Part shown: positions 11,186 through 22,216 of the stretch, piece by piece
Layout: every line of letters starts with the position of its first letter
How positions within the stretch are numbered: the first letter of the stretch is position 1
NCBI GenBank assembly: GCA_963752255.1
Contig: CAVVXT010000010.1
Span: forward strand, 96,001 to 160,000
Source: Nitrososphaeria archaeon
GTDB taxonomy: Archaea; Thermoproteota; Nitrososphaeria; JACIWG01
Length of the DNA stretch: 64,000 nt
Direction of reading: 5' to 3'
Notes under the pieces: generated by a model
The model's database searches: none
Told to the model about the DNA's origin: nothing
Seen by the model: the letters and a program-made list of their open reading frames with translations, nothing else
Translations under genes and position numbers: made by a program

Positions 11186-14100
11186 GTGACAAACTGCATA
11201 ATTAGAGGGAAATATTTGGATCCTACAAACCAGATTCAGATGGAACTTGTTGAATTTATGCGATTAACAGATAACGTTTCCAATAAAATTCATGGCGTCC
11301 TAAACGAATGGGAAATTTTTAATATTTTGAAGGAGGAATTTTCTAGATCAAAGAAATATGATATCACAGTACTGTTAACAAATAATGATAGAACCAAGCT
11401 TGACATGGCAGAAACATCTCTGGTTCTTAAGAATCTTAAGAAAATAGAAAAGATTACTGGCTTAAGAATTAATAAATACAATATTGAATTAAATAAATCT
11501 AAAATTTTCAATAGAGTCGTAAACAGTTGTGATACATTTGAGGTAAAGACGAGTGATATAATTAGTGAAATTCTTCCTAGGCCTTTCGCATACCTTGTAA
11601 CTAGGATGACAGGTCTGGTAGGAAAAAATACTGTGGTAACACCAGTTAATCGAGAAGGAAAAATTATAGGAGCTTTAGCTATCTCATCATCTGAGCAAAC
11701 GGAGTATTTAATGCTCCCTATAAAAAACTTAGCTCAGAATATTTCAATCTCGCTTGAACTTATAGATAGACACAACGATCTTCTGAAGACAGAAAAAGCA
11801 CTGGGACAAGAACGTAACAAAGCTCAAAAGTATCTAGAGGCAGCTGGTTTGATCACACTTGTCATCGACGTTAACGGGTTTGTTCAAAGCATTAATCGGA
11901 AAGGAAGCGAATTTTTAGGATATACAATGGAGAAAATTGTTGGCAAAAATTGGATAGATAACTTTCTACCTGAGAAATCTTGGGAACAGGTTAGAGCGAT
12001 ATTCACAAATATTGTTCAAGATCCAACGGAATCGAATTACCATTATGAGAATTCGGTACTAACGCGTAAGGATGGAGAGCGGTTTCTTGCTTGGAATGGC
12101 ATTCGATTGGAAGATTCCGATGGCAAGGTTATTGGGATATTAAATTCAGGGAACGATATCACAGATTACAAGAAAACAGAAGACGAGTTGAGAGCAAGTC
12201 AAAGGACTCTTTCGTCACTAATGAGCAATTTGAGCGGTATGGTGTATCGTCGATCCAACGATAATAATTGGACGATGTCGTTCGTTAGCGACGGATGTTT
12301 TGACCTTACGGGTTACCTTCCATCTGATTTTGTACAAAATAAGATATCGTACAGCCAGCTAGTACATTCCAAGGACAAAAAAAAGGTTCTTGACGTAATT
12401 CAAAAGTCTTTAACTGGATCAAAATCTTTTAAAATAGAATACAGGATTTTCACAGCAAATGGTGAAATGAAATGGGTATGGGAAGAGGGTCACGTTATTC
12501 CCTCGGGAACTGGTTCATATGCTACTCTAGAAGGCTACGTCACCGAAACTACTTCAAGGAAGAAGATAGAAGAGGAGTTAAAGCGATCAGAAGAAAGCTT
12601 CAGGAAGCTGGCAGAAAACGCGTCAGACATTATCTTTCTGTACGACCTAATAAGAGGTTACGATTATATGAGCCCAGCCTGCACTAAAATAACTGGTTAC
12701 ACTCCCGAGGAATTTTATGCAGATAAGAATCTAACTTATAGAACAGTTCATCCTGACGACGTTCACAAATTAGATAAAATGATGGAGGAAGTTAATAAAC
12801 AGATGACCCCCGTTCAATCAGAAATACGCTGGAGGCACAAGAAAGGTAAGATTGTGTGGACCGAACAGATTTATATTCCAATTCAGGATGAGAAAGGTGA
12901 CCTTATTGCTTTTGAGGGTATAGTAAGGGATATTACGGAACGTAAGCAGATAGAGGAGGATAGAAGACGCTTTGAAGACAGACTTTCAGCCCTAAATTTT
13001 TATGGCGTTACATTGAATGCTGCTCGAAACCTGCAGCAGGTTTTCGATCTAACTCTTGACGCTGTTGAGAAAGCACTAGGTTTTGAATATGCAACATTCT
13101 TGATAATGGACCGAGGATACCTCCGATTGGCAAGTCATAGGGGCATCTCTAGAACTCTTGTAAAGGAACTACCTATTGACGGCTCAAAAAGAGGAATTGA
13201 CATTAGAGCATACAACACTCGCAGAGCTATACTCCTAGATGATGTTTGGAAGGATAGAGACTATGTAGAAAATATTCCAGGCATAAGATCAAAGCTTGTC
13301 GTCCCCGTTGAAATTGAAGACAGAGTAATAGGTGTTTTAGGCGTACAAAGCAAGAAGGTTGGCGCATTTGATGAAAGAGATATGAAGTTACTACAGATTT
13401 TAGCTTCTCATGCTGCTGCGGCTATTAGTAGCAAAGAGAAACAAGCTGAAATAGAGAGAAGATCGAATCAACTCTCTTCTCTCCTGAAAAGTTCTGCAGA
13501 GATTATTCATACAACTGATCTCTATCAAAGACTAAGAGTGGCTGCAAATGCAATAAGAGATTTGGGCTGGAGAAGGGTCGTTATAACGTTAAGAGACGAA
13601 AATTTAGAAGTGAAAACTTTAGATGATATAGTGAGTTCCGGTCTTACAGATGAAGAAAGGGACTTTCTTTGGAAGAACACACCTTCACCAAAGGTCTGGC
13701 GTGAGCGTTTTGGCCCCGAATACTATCGTTTCAAGATAGGCCAATTTTATTATCTGCCATGGAGTGAACCATGGGTTAGAGAAAAATTTTCTGATAACAC
13801 TGTTGCCAGTAGATTAATGCGTGAGGAAATGGTTGACTGGGATCCACAAGACCTACTTTATGCTCCACTTACCTTAGCCAACGGACAAATAGTTGGCGTG
13901 TTAAGCATCGACGACCCTGTTGATGGCAGGAGACCGACAAGGGAGTCTTTGGCCCCACTTGAACTTTTCATTCATCCAGCCGCTGTTGCCATAGAAAATG
14001 CTCAGCTAATTCGACAGTTGAATAACGCTACTAGTCAGATTAAGGATTATGCGGATAGACTTGAACAGATGGTGCAGCAGAGAACTCAAGAACTTTTTGA

Positions 14101-14818
14101 AGCACAAAATAAGTTAATCAAGTCAGAAAGGCTGGCGGCGATAGGTGAAATCGCTGCCATGGTAGGACATGACCTGCGCAACCCCCTACAGGTTATAATC
14201 TATACGCTGTACATCTGTAATGAAATTCTCAAGAAGGCTCCCCAGGAAGTGGGAAATGCCTTACAAGAAAATCACATGGAAGATCTTCTTTCGAGAATTG
14301 GAGAGCAGGTGAACTACATGAATAAAATAATCTCAGACCTACAAGATTATTCAAAGCCCCTAAAACCAAACCTTGTCGAGACCAATTTGTTGGATTTAAT
14401 CAACGACACCGTCTCTAATATCGCTGTTGCAGAAAATGTTAAGGTTGCAATTAAGACTCCAGAAAATTTCCCTAGAGTTCCAATAGATTCTTCTATGATG
14501 AAAAGGGTGTTCGTTAATCTTGCTAACAATGCTATGCAGGCGATGTCAGAGGGGGGCCAACTGACCTTTGAGTCTTTAATTTCTGATGGGACATTAACAA
14601 TTAGTGTCCAAGATACTGGAGTCGGCATACCCGCAGAAAACATGGACAAGTTGTTTCAGCCTTTATTTACAACCAAATCCAAGGGACAAGGATTCGGCCT
14701 AGCCGTCTGCAAGCGAATAGTAGAGGCTCACGGTGGAAGCATTTCCGTAGTAAGTGAATCAGGTAAAGGATCAATATTCACAATTAGGATTCCAATTGGA
14801 AAGTTAAAATACTCCTAA
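11186..14818 (+). CDS. Soluble multi-sensor histidine kinase (GAF-like, 3xPAS, 2xGAF, HisKA, HATPase)
   Basis: PAC motifs (DITDYK, DITERK), H-box GHDLRNPL, N-box NLANNAMQA, DTGVG, GFGLA. Confidence 0.92.
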   Translation: MTNCIIRGKYLDPTNQIQMELVEFMRLTDNVSNKIHGVLNEWEIFNILKEEFSRSKKYDITVLLTNNDRTKLDMAETSLVLKNLKKIEKITGLRINKYNIELNKSKIFNRVVNSCDTFEVKTSDIISEILPRPFAYLVTRMTGLVGKNTVVTPVNREGKIIGALAISSSEQTEYLMLPIKNLAQNISISLELIDRHNDLLKTEKALGQERNKAQKYLEAAGLITLVIDVNGFVQSINRKGSEFLGYTMEKIVGKNWIDNFLPEKSWEQVRAIFTNIVQDPTESNYHYENSVLTRKDGERFLAWNGIRLEDSDGKVIGILNSGNDITDYKKTEDELRASQRTLSSLMSNLSGMVYRRSNDNNWTMSFVSDGCFDLTGYLPSDFVQNKISYSQLVHSKDKKKVLDVIQKSLTGSKSFKIEYRIFTANGEMKWVWEEGHVIPSGTGSYATLEGYVTETTSRKKIEEELKRSEESFRKLAENASDIIFLYDLIRGYDYMSPACTKITGYTPEEFYADKNLTYRTVHPDDVHKLDKMMEEVNKQMTPVQSEIRWRHKKGKIVWTEQIYIPIQDEKGDLIAFEGIVRDITERKQIEEDRRRFEDRLSALNFYGVTLNAARNLQQVFDLTLDAVEKALGFEYATFLIMDRGYLRLASHRGISRTLVKELPIDGSKRGIDIRAYNTRRAILLDDVWKDRDYVENIPGIRSKLVVPVEIEDRVIGVLGVQSKKVGAFDERDMKLLQILASHAAAAISSKEKQAEIERRSNQLSSLLKSSAEIIHTTDLYQRLRVAANAIRDLGWRRVVITLRDENLEVKTLDDIVSSGLTDEERDFLWKNTPSPKVWRERFGPEYYRFKIGQFYYLPWSEPWVREKFSDNTVASRLMREEMVDWDPQDLLYAPLTLANGQIVGVLSIDDPVDGRRPTRESLAPLELFIHPAAVAIENAQLIRQLNNATSQIKDYADRLEQMVQQRTQELFEAQNKLIKSERLAAIGEIAAMVGHDLRNPLQVIIYTLYICNEILKKAPQEVGNALQENHMEDLLSRIGEQVNYMNKIISDLQDYSKPLKPNLVETNLLDLINDTVSNIAVAENVKVAIKTPENFPRVPIDSSMMKRVFVNLANNAMQAMSEGGQLTFESLISDGTLTISVQDTGVGIPAENMDKLFQPLFTTKSKGQGFGLAVCKRIVEAHGGSISVVSESGKGSIFTIRIPIGKLKYS

Positions 14819-14819
14819 A

Positions 14820-15308
14820 GTGATTAGAATAGTGTTAAAGAGAAGATCAAGAATGGTGGGATTTGAAAATTCAAAAATCCTAATTGTAGATGACGATAGG
14901 GACATTTTACGAAGTTTAAAGGAGATTCTGCAGTCAAAAGGATACGAAATAGACATGGCAGAGACGGGCCAGAGTGCAGTTGAAAAAGCCAAGGCAAAAT
15001 ACTTCAACTTAGCTTTACTAGATATTAAACTACCAGACATCGAGGGCACAGATCTGCTCGCAAAGATTCATAAGGCTAAACCTGAAATGATGAAGATAAT
15101 GATAACAGGTTATCCATCGTTGGATAACGCCGTTAAAGCGCTCAATCTTGGAGCAGACGCGTATATAATGAAGCCGGTTAATCCGGAAAACCTACTCAAA
15201 GTTGTTGAAGAAAAACTGAAGGCGCAGAAGGAAGCAGAAGGTATGACAGAAGAAAAGATTGCGGAATGGATTGAAAATCGCATTCAGAAGCTTGAGCAAA
15301 AGAAGTAA
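14820..15308 (+). CDS. Response regulator (receiver domain plus short helical tail)
   Basis: ILIVDDD, LLDIKLP, ITGYPS, YIMKP. Confidence 0.92.
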   Translation: MIRIVLKRRSRMVGFENSKILIVDDDRDILRSLKEILQSKGYEIDMAETGQSAVEKAKAKYFNLALLDIKLPDIEGTDLLAKIHKAKPEMMKIMITGYPSLDNAVKALNLGADAYIMKPVNPENLLKVVEEKLKAQKEAEGMTEEKIAEWIENRIQKLEQKK

Positions 15309-15393
15309 GTGTGAAGAATCAATAACAAATATCGACAAGAAATAAACCACATATATTATTTTTTATGGAATAAAGAAAGATTTAATTGAGTAA

Positions 15394-15816
15394 GTGTTAT
15401 CGTCGAGCTCAATGGCCATTATTTCCTATCCGCATGTAACTTGGCAATGTCAGCGATGTGGAAAATGCTGCAAGGATCATGGAGAAAGAAAAAGGCGGAT
15501 ACTGTTAACAGACCATGATATGGAACGTATAAAAGAAGCTTTTATTGGAGAGAGATTCTGCACAATCATTAAGAATAATGGCCCATACAAGTATCAGATG
15601 ATACTGGAAAATGGTTCATGCATCTTTCTATCTAGGAATAGGTGTACAATCTATAATAGAAGACCTCTAATCTGCAGGTTCTATCCCTTCTCAATGGTAG
15701 AAGATGGAGGTTACATATTCGAGGTAGATGCGGACTGTCCAGGTGTCGGTCTTGGTAAATGTGCCACAAAAAAAGTTTTTACTAAGCTTGTAGAGGAGGC
15801 CAAGGAATTACTGTAA
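15394..15816 (+). CDS. YkgJ family Cys-cluster protein
   Basis: CQRCGKCC, CIFL, CTIYNRRPLICRFYP, CPG. Confidence 0.85.
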   Translation: MLSSSSMAIISYPHVTWQCQRCGKCCKDHGERKRRILLTDHDMERIKEAFIGERFCTIIKNNGPYKYQMILENGSCIFLSRNRCTIYNRRPLICRFYPFSMVEDGGYIFEVDADCPGVGLGKCATKKVFTKLVEEAKELL

Positions 15817-16086
15817 CAGTTTAAGAGGACAGATAAAAAGAAAGGGGCTAAATATCATTGTGGCTTTTATAGTAGTTAGAACTCAGAGAAGAAGAACATC
15901 TATAACTTCTAGCTAAATCAGCTTTCTTCCTGAACAATGTTGCAATATCGTCGTAGGGAAAAACATTTATCAACAGTACCAATTATAAGCATACAGTAAT
16001 ATGGCCAATACCAACGGAGCTGCAGCTACAACACCAAACACTCAGAAGCTAAACTAGAGAATTAAAACAGTATAGGGTTCGTTTGA

Positions 16087-16773
16087 TCAGGAATCCTCAC
16101 TTGCTTGATAGGGTCTTTCATATAACCTATCCTCCACAGCATTTTCCTTTGCAGCCTTTTTCCATGCGGTGTCTCCGAACCAGGTGAACATCAGTGGGGA
16201 TACCAGTGGCCTCTTCATCAGTTTTATTGCCTCATCAGGTAATGGTTTATCTTCGTAAATTGCGTTTGCGACAATTTCCAAAGCTTTTCTAACACTACCA
16301 CCTATTCTTCCTAGGTCTTCAAGGTTTATTCCTCCAATCGCCCCACCACCTCCTAAAGCAAGACCTCCGATCCATTCAATTTTTGTTTCAGAAGCAAACT
16401 TCCTACAGATAGCATGAGCAGTCTCGCTCTGGCTTGCTTCTGGAAAACCGCTATTTGATAACGAAAGTATCTTCTGTTTTTTGGGCTCTTTTTGCAGCGA
16501 ACGGTGTTTAAAAATCAGTTCTAACAGAGCAATGACTTGAGATGGAAGGTTGTCCACGTACAACGGAAACGTAAGTATCAAAAGATCAGCATCATCAATA
16601 GATTGAAGTATGTGAACGGCATCTTTATCGGTTTTCATGGCATCATAAATGTAGATCTTATCGCTTACAAAACCTTGTTTCTCTAATTTTTTTATGAGAT
16701 AGTCCCCTAAGGCATTTGATGTGCTAGCGTAACTTTTTGGGCTTCCTATAAGAACTATTACATGTTTAGACAT
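16087..16773 (-). CDS. Flavodoxin-like / NAD(P)H-dependent FMN reductase family
   Basis: IGSPK, TFPLYVD, NSGFPE. Confidence 0.75.
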   Translation of the reverse strand: MSKHVIVLIGSPKSYASTSNALGDYLIKKLEKQGFVSDKIYIYDAMKTDKDAVHILQSIDDADLLILTFPLYVDNLPSQVIALLELIFKHRSLQKEPKKQKILSLSNSGFPEASQSETAHAICRKFASETKIEWIGGLALGGGGAIGGINLEDLGRIGGSVRKALEIVANAIYEDKPLPDEAIKLMKRPLVSPLMFTWFGDTAWKKAAKENAVEDRLYERPYQASEDS

Positions 16774-17402
16774 TTTTGATCAATAACCTCTGCTATAGCT
16801 TCAGCAACTTTTTTGTATACGTCTTCTGGGGCGTCGTTAGGATAGACGACTCTTGCTGAATATTTTTCGCTGTAGAAGTTTATGGAATTGCGCTCGATCA
16901 ACTTTTTGAATATCGTTTCACTTTCTTGGTCAGGACTTGGAAGGAAACCTATTCCAACCATTTTCGGATATTTCTCATATCGCGCACTATGGTGTATTTC
17001 GCCTCCAATTTTCGTATAAAAGGGTAGGATGTTTGGTAGCATACGTTCAAGAGCTTTCTTCAACCATGGCGAATATCCTCCAAAAACGACAGGAGAAAGC
17101 AGGATAACTAGGTCACTTTGAACATTTTCCTTTGCAATAGAGCGTCCTATATCATCTATTACGCACACACCCGGCGTCTTTTTCCAACAATCAAAACAGC
17201 CAAAGCAACTTGATATATTTTGATCTCGAAGAATTAATGCTTTGATTTGGTAATTTCTTTCCTTTAGAATATCCTGGATCTTGTCCATTATGCAAGCTGA
17301 TATAAAATCCCCTTTTCTGGACCCATCCAGGATTAAAGCCTTCATATAATCATCATTCGATAGCACTGGTTCAACTTTTACATGACTAGATAAACTTTTC
17401 AC
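16758..17402 (-). CDS. Flavodoxin family / iron-sulfur flavoprotein-like
   Basis: CFGCFDCW...C compact Cys motif, SPVVFGG. Confidence 0.78.
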   Translation of the reverse strand: MKSLSSHVKVEPVLSNDDYMKALILDGSRKGDFISACIMDKIQDILKERNYQIKALILRDQNISSCFGCFDCWKKTPGVCVIDDIGRSIAKENVQSDLVILLSPVVFGGYSPWLKKALERMLPNILPFYTKIGGEIHHSARYEKYPKMVGIGFLPSPDQESETIFKKLIERNSINFYSEKYSARVVYPNDAPEDVYKKVAEAIAEVIDQKCLNM

Positions 17403-18082
17403 AAAATAGCAAGAAGCTCTTTAAGACTGTTGACCTTATAATCCGGAATCTCAAAATCGTTTATAGGATTGAGGTTGACCATAACACCTTGCTTTACCCT
17501 TATAGTCCTGAAACCTAGTAGCTTAGATGGCCCCATGTCGATATCAAGTCTGTCACCGATCATTGTCGAATCTTCAGGACTACATTTCGCCATCTTCAAT
17601 GCCAGCTGGAATATCCTTGTATCCGGTTTCCTCAGCTTAACCTGCTCAGATAAGACTATGACACTAAAATATTCTGCGAGCCCAAAAGAGTTTATCCTTT
17701 GCCTCGTGCCCACTGGTTGGTTAGCTATTATACCTAACTTGTACTTTTTACTTAGCTCAGAAACCGTTTTTAGAGCGTCAGAATAAGGCTCCATTTTTTC
17801 CAGATACCTTTTCAAAGCATATTTTTTATATCGTTCAACAATTTTTAGCATAATTTTCTTATCACTCGAAAAGTGTTCGGTGAGCGTTTTTGCAAGCCCA
17901 AAATATGCTGCGCCGCCAAACCTTCTCTCTTCAATTATCTTCTTTAAAGTTTCATCAAAATCTTCATGAGTGATCTTAGCTCCTGAACGCTCAATCATTT
18001 CATAAACGTATCCAAACAGGTACTTGTCAAATGCCTCCTCATTAACAAGAGTTGACCCAATATCGAAGAACAGCCATTTCAT
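17399..18082 (-). CDS. HAD-superfamily hydrolase
   Basis: FFDIGSTL, KPD, IGDRLDID. Confidence 0.88.
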   Translation of the reverse strand: MKWLFFDIGSTLVNEEAFDKYLFGYVYEMIERSGAKITHEDFDETLKKIIEERRFGGAAYFGLAKTLTEHFSSDKKIMLKIVERYKKYALKRYLEKMEPYSDALKTVSELSKKYKLGIIANQPVGTRQRINSFGLAEYFSVIVLSEQVKLRKPDTRIFQLALKMAKCSPEDSTMIGDRLDIDMGPSKLLGFRTIRVKQGVMVNLNPINDFEIPDYKVNSLKELLAIL

Positions 18083-18163
18083 TTTCCCTCGACAAACCTC
18101 TCAAAACAGGCAATTTAACGATTTATTTGATTTATTTTTTCTGTAGAAGATATTCATTTTACT

Positions 18164-19354
18164 CTAGCTTTTCCTAGTGCTAAGCATACTAGCTAATAAT
18201 AAAGTGAAACTTAACGGAAACATCGATACCAAAGATGAAGATCCTATTAAAACTGCAGCGAGAGGTGGCGAGAGAGCCGATGTGGCCTGGAAGGTAGTCT
18301 GAGAGAGGCTGTATGCGATACCTCTTTTCTCTAAAGGTGTTAGGCTAGCTGTCATAGAGTTCACTGGAGGCCATAGTGTACAACTAAAGAAAGTGAATGA
18401 CATAAACATGGCAGTTAAAATAAAAGCAGTCGGAGTAAAAGGCAAGAGGATGACGAACAATGACGTAATGCCGATTACGAGCATTAACATCTTAAAGTCG
18501 CCCAGACGACCTCCAAGATATCCGGAAAAAAGACCTCCTATGATACCTATTAGAGGACCGAGTGTGAAGATCAGGCTTGCCGTAGCAGCAGGAATCCCTC
18601 TACCTAGAACCATGTAAGTTGTCATAAATGTCTGGATTACAGCGATTCCTGCCTGGGACAGCCCTAAGGAAATAAGGAAGAAGATGAACATCTTGTTGAA
18701 TATACTACCTTTGCTATAAATTCCATCAGGCTTATACTTCCCGATATTTGTGGGTGCCACAATTTTGACTCTTAGAAGAAGAAAAGCCCAGATAAGAATT
18801 GGAACAATCCATATAAAATAAGCAATCCTCCACTGGTCGTACAGAAGAAATAGCGAAAGCCCAAATAACCCCATAGAGATACCGACTGATCCTAACGCAG
18901 CATGTATACCTGCTCCTCTTATCAGATCACGATCGGAAAGTGATCTACTAATAGTCGAAAGGCCTGGGTTATGATATAAAGGATTTGAGATTCCTATACA
19001 TGCAAGTCCAAGGATAAGTAACTCAAAACTTGAGCTTTGATACACTATAAACCCTCCAAGAGCCTGCACCACCAAACCAAGAATAAGGATTGGTTTAGCT
19101 CCTATATTGTCAACAAAGTGGCCTACAACCACATTCATCAGGATTCCCACCGCAGTCGGAACAGCGGCGATTAAAGAAACTTGAAAAAGTGTCAGGTGAA
19201 ACTCTGTTATGAACACCGGTATAAGAGCAAGGTGCATCATAAGGTAAACCTCATTGAACATATGGGAAATATACATCGACCATATTTGGCTCCTTAATGG
19301 CCTTGTTATTGGGTTTGCTAGAATTTTAACGGACGTGACAAATCTACGCAACAT
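18164..19354 (-). CDS. MFS transporter
   Basis: ~12 hydrophobic segments; GHFVDNIGAK and GYLGGRLG motif-A-like loops. Confidence 0.85.
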   Translation of the reverse strand: MLRRFVTSVKILANPITRPLRSQIWSMYISHMFNEVYLMMHLALIPVFITEFHLTLFQVSLIAAVPTAVGILMNVVVGHFVDNIGAKPILILGLVVQALGGFIVYQSSSFELLILGLACIGISNPLYHNPGLSTISRSLSDRDLIRGAGIHAALGSVGISMGLFGLSLFLLYDQWRIAYFIWIVPILIWAFLLLRVKIVAPTNIGKYKPDGIYSKGSIFNKMFIFFLISLGLSQAGIAVIQTFMTTYMVLGRGIPAATASLIFTLGPLIGIIGGLFSGYLGGRLGDFKMLMLVIGITSLFVILLPFTPTAFILTAMFMSFTFFSCTLWPPVNSMTASLTPLEKRGIAYSLSQTTFQATSALSPPLAAVLIGSSSLVSMFPLSFTLLLASMLSTRKS

Positions 19355-19638
19355 TTCATGTTGTAATATAAATCTTTTTAGAACATGGGAACCGTTAAAT
19401 ATCGCCTTAAAAAAAGAATCTAATTAAGATAGGATTGTTCGGTATAGCCTGCGAAAAATGTCCTAGGGTAGTTCAACATGGGTGTGCGCCTAAGGAAAAC
19501 GAATTCTTTCGAATAGCAACTTACGCCTATTATGAGGGAGTTAATTTCCCTATGAAACTACAAAACATGGGCCGATTGATTACGGATACTGCCCATTCAT
19601 ATCCTGTAAGGATTAATATTACGCAGGGTCGATAAACT

Positions 19639-20760
19639 ATGGTAGGGTCTAACAGGGAACGTTTTCTTGCAGTGCTGAAACATAGGATACCGGATAAGGT
19701 GCCGATAACGGATTTGGACATAGACGGCTCAATCGTAGAAAAGATCACAGGAGTCAATACAAGTGGAGGTGGGCAGCAATCTCCAATGATAGATAGAACA
19801 AACAGTTGGAAGAAGGTTCTAAGGAACGTCGACGCACTAATTGATACGCACAGGGCGTTAGACTTTGACGCCTTTTTGCTCACTAACTACAGAATGTCGA
19901 GGAAAGGGTATAAGCCCAAATTCCTCGATAAGGAAACTTTTGTTGACGAATGGGGTAGAAGGATGAAGATAAGAAAGGATACAGATATAGTATGGTATTG
20001 TGGGGGAACAATAAACACAGAGGAAGAGCTTGAGGCGTTCAACCCCCCTAACGTGCACGAACCCGGTAGAGAAGAGGTCCTCCTCCATGCAATAAAGAAT
20101 GCAGGGGAAGAAATGGCTGTTGGAGGAGAGGTGCAAACGGGTTTTGTGATATCCTGGGAAGCCAGAGGCGGCTTGGACAAGTTTGTAATAGACATGTATA
20201 GAAATCCCACATTTGCGAAGAAGGTGATGAAAAAGTTCGCAGATGCTTGCTTTGAATTCGCTAAGATGATGTTAGATGACGGTGTTGATCTTTTAGTTTT
20301 GACCGACGATTACGCCGATAATCATGGTCCAATCATAAGCCCAGCCCTTTTCAGAGAATTCGAGCTCCCATACCTAAAGCGTGTTATAGAAACTGCAAAT
20401 AACAGGAATGTTCCAGTCATGAAACACAGTGACGGTAACCTGTATCCTCTATTAGACGACCTGATCGATGCAGGTATTTCAGGACTACATCCCATCGAGC
20501 CCGGACCAATGGATATAGCTGATGTAAAAAAGAGATATGGTGATAGAATATTTTTGGGAGGCAATGTCGACTGTAAAAGGATCCTACCTTATGGTTCAGA
20601 ATCAGATGTTAGAAAAGATGTTAGAAGGGTAATCGATGCCGCAGGAAAGGACGGTGGGCTCGTACTTACGTCAAGTAATTCCCTGCACTCCGGTGTGAAG
20701 GTTGATAACATATTCACAATGGTCGACGAAGCTAGAAAATATGGTAAATATATAACGTAG
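19639..20760 (+). CDS. Uroporphyrinogen decarboxylase-like (MtaA/CmuA-related) TIM-barrel protein
   Basis: DEWG, DDYA, KHSDGN, GLHPIEP, GGNVD motifs. Confidence 0.82.
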   Translation: MVGSNRERFLAVLKHRIPDKVPITDLDIDGSIVEKITGVNTSGGGQQSPMIDRTNSWKKVLRNVDALIDTHRALDFDAFLLTNYRMSRKGYKPKFLDKETFVDEWGRRMKIRKDTDIVWYCGGTINTEEELEAFNPPNVHEPGREEVLLHAIKNAGEEMAVGGEVQTGFVISWEARGGLDKFVIDMYRNPTFAKKVMKKFADACFEFAKMMLDDGVDLLVLTDDYADNHGPIISPALFREFELPYLKRVIETANNRNVPVMKHSDGNLYPLLDDLIDAGISGLHPIEPGPMDIADVKKRYGDRIFLGGNVDCKRILPYGSESDVRKDVRRVIDAAGKDGGLVLTSSNSLHSGVKVDNIFTMVDEARKYGKYIT

Positions 20761-20858
20761 AATGGATCGGATTAAATCGACATTGAATGAATAGCTTGTT
20801 GTGAGCCATATAAATTTATAAAAGAAGAATTCCTATTTTAAGGATGAGGTTTTAGAAT

Positions 20859-22055
20859 TTGAAGGTTACGGATATTAAACCGTTCTCTAGACCAGTTATC
20901 GGAAAGGTTATCGGAAAACCGGTTTTTCAAGATGCAATAAACTATGGTGGGAACATTATCCGATGGACATACACTGAAATTTTGACTGATGAAGGGATTA
21001 CAGGAATAATTCCATACGACATGTCAGCCTATATGTTAGAGTTACTGAAGCCAGCCGTAGTCGGAGAAGATCCAATGGATATTCAGAAGGTATGGAATCA
21101 AATGTACTGGAGGAGCTTTAATGAAGGACGGAAAGGATCCGCGATCATTGCTATGAGTCAGATCGACATCGGGCTATGGGATATAATCGGAAAGAAGCTT
21201 AAAACGCCTGTCTACAGGCTTCTCGGAGGTTACAGAGATAGGGTTCCGGGATATGGTAGCGGTGGTGTTCTTTCATTAAGCAGGGATCAGCTGGTAAAAG
21301 AACAATTAAATTGGGTGGAGGCTGGATTCAAGGCCGTAAAGATGAAGGTTGGGCGACGTGATCCGAGGGAAGATATAGAAAGAGTTAGGGCTGTGCGACA
21401 AGCGGTAGGAAACAACATAGACCTGATGGTTGATGCAAACAATGGCTGGACCACAAGCACAGCTATTCAGATGGCTAAAAGACTGGAACGTTTTGACGTC
21501 AGATGGCTCGAAGAGCCTGTCGTTGCGGAAGACTATGAAGGTTATCCTAGAGTTTCTGCATCCACGGATATTCCAATTGCTGGAGGAGAAAGCGAATATA
21601 CAAAATTCGGGTTCAAAGAGCTTTTCGTCAGAAAATGTGTCGACATATGCCAAGCTGATGTAGGTAAAGTGGGAGGAATAACAGAGTACATGAAGATATC
21701 AGCCATGGCCGAAGCGTTCAACATACCTATGTGTCCACATGGTCTAGGCTTAGTCAGCGCACATTGTGTTGCGGCAACTTCCAACGGTATGACTGTAGAG
21801 TTCTTCGATGGGAACCGGCTACCCAACAACACAATGAGGAAGTTTCAAGAAGATACCGGACGAAAGTTCATGCCAAACAGCATTCAACCAATTAAGGGAT
21901 GGATTGATCTTCCAAAAGTTCCCGGCTTAGGGTTAGATCCCGACTTGGACGCTATAGAAGAATATCGTAGAAAGTACAAATTCAAAAACGAAGAATTATA
22001 TGGAGGACCTGGAACAAAACCTCCGTTTAACAACAACATGTTTCTCTCACTATAA
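20859..22055 (+). CDS. Mandelate racemase/muconate lactonizing enzyme family (enolase superfamily)
   Basis: DIGLWDI, KMKVG, MVDAN, WLEEP, AGGE, CPHG. Confidence 0.9.
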   Translation: MKVTDIKPFSRPVIGKVIGKPVFQDAINYGGNIIRWTYTEILTDEGITGIIPYDMSAYMLELLKPAVVGEDPMDIQKVWNQMYWRSFNEGRKGSAIIAMSQIDIGLWDIIGKKLKTPVYRLLGGYRDRVPGYGSGGVLSLSRDQLVKEQLNWVEAGFKAVKMKVGRRDPREDIERVRAVRQAVGNNIDLMVDANNGWTTSTAIQMAKRLERFDVRWLEEPVVAEDYEGYPRVSASTDIPIAGGESEYTKFGFKELFVRKCVDICQADVGKVGGITEYMKISAMAEAFNIPMCPHGLGLVSAHCVAATSNGMTVEFFDGNRLPNNTMRKFQEDTGRKFMPNSIQPIKGWIDLPKVPGLGLDPDLDAIEEYRRKYKFKNEELYGGPGTKPPFNNNMFLSL

Positions 22056-22216
22056 AGATAGAAGAAAAGAAAAAATAGATGCTCCAGATAATGCGACTTC
22101 ATACGTAGTTAGAATATTTTTTGCGGTTTTGATGACCTTCTTCTGATCTTGTTTAAAGGAAGGATTAATAATTTTGATATAGAAAGGATTAAATCAATCT
22201 AGATTAATAAATATAT

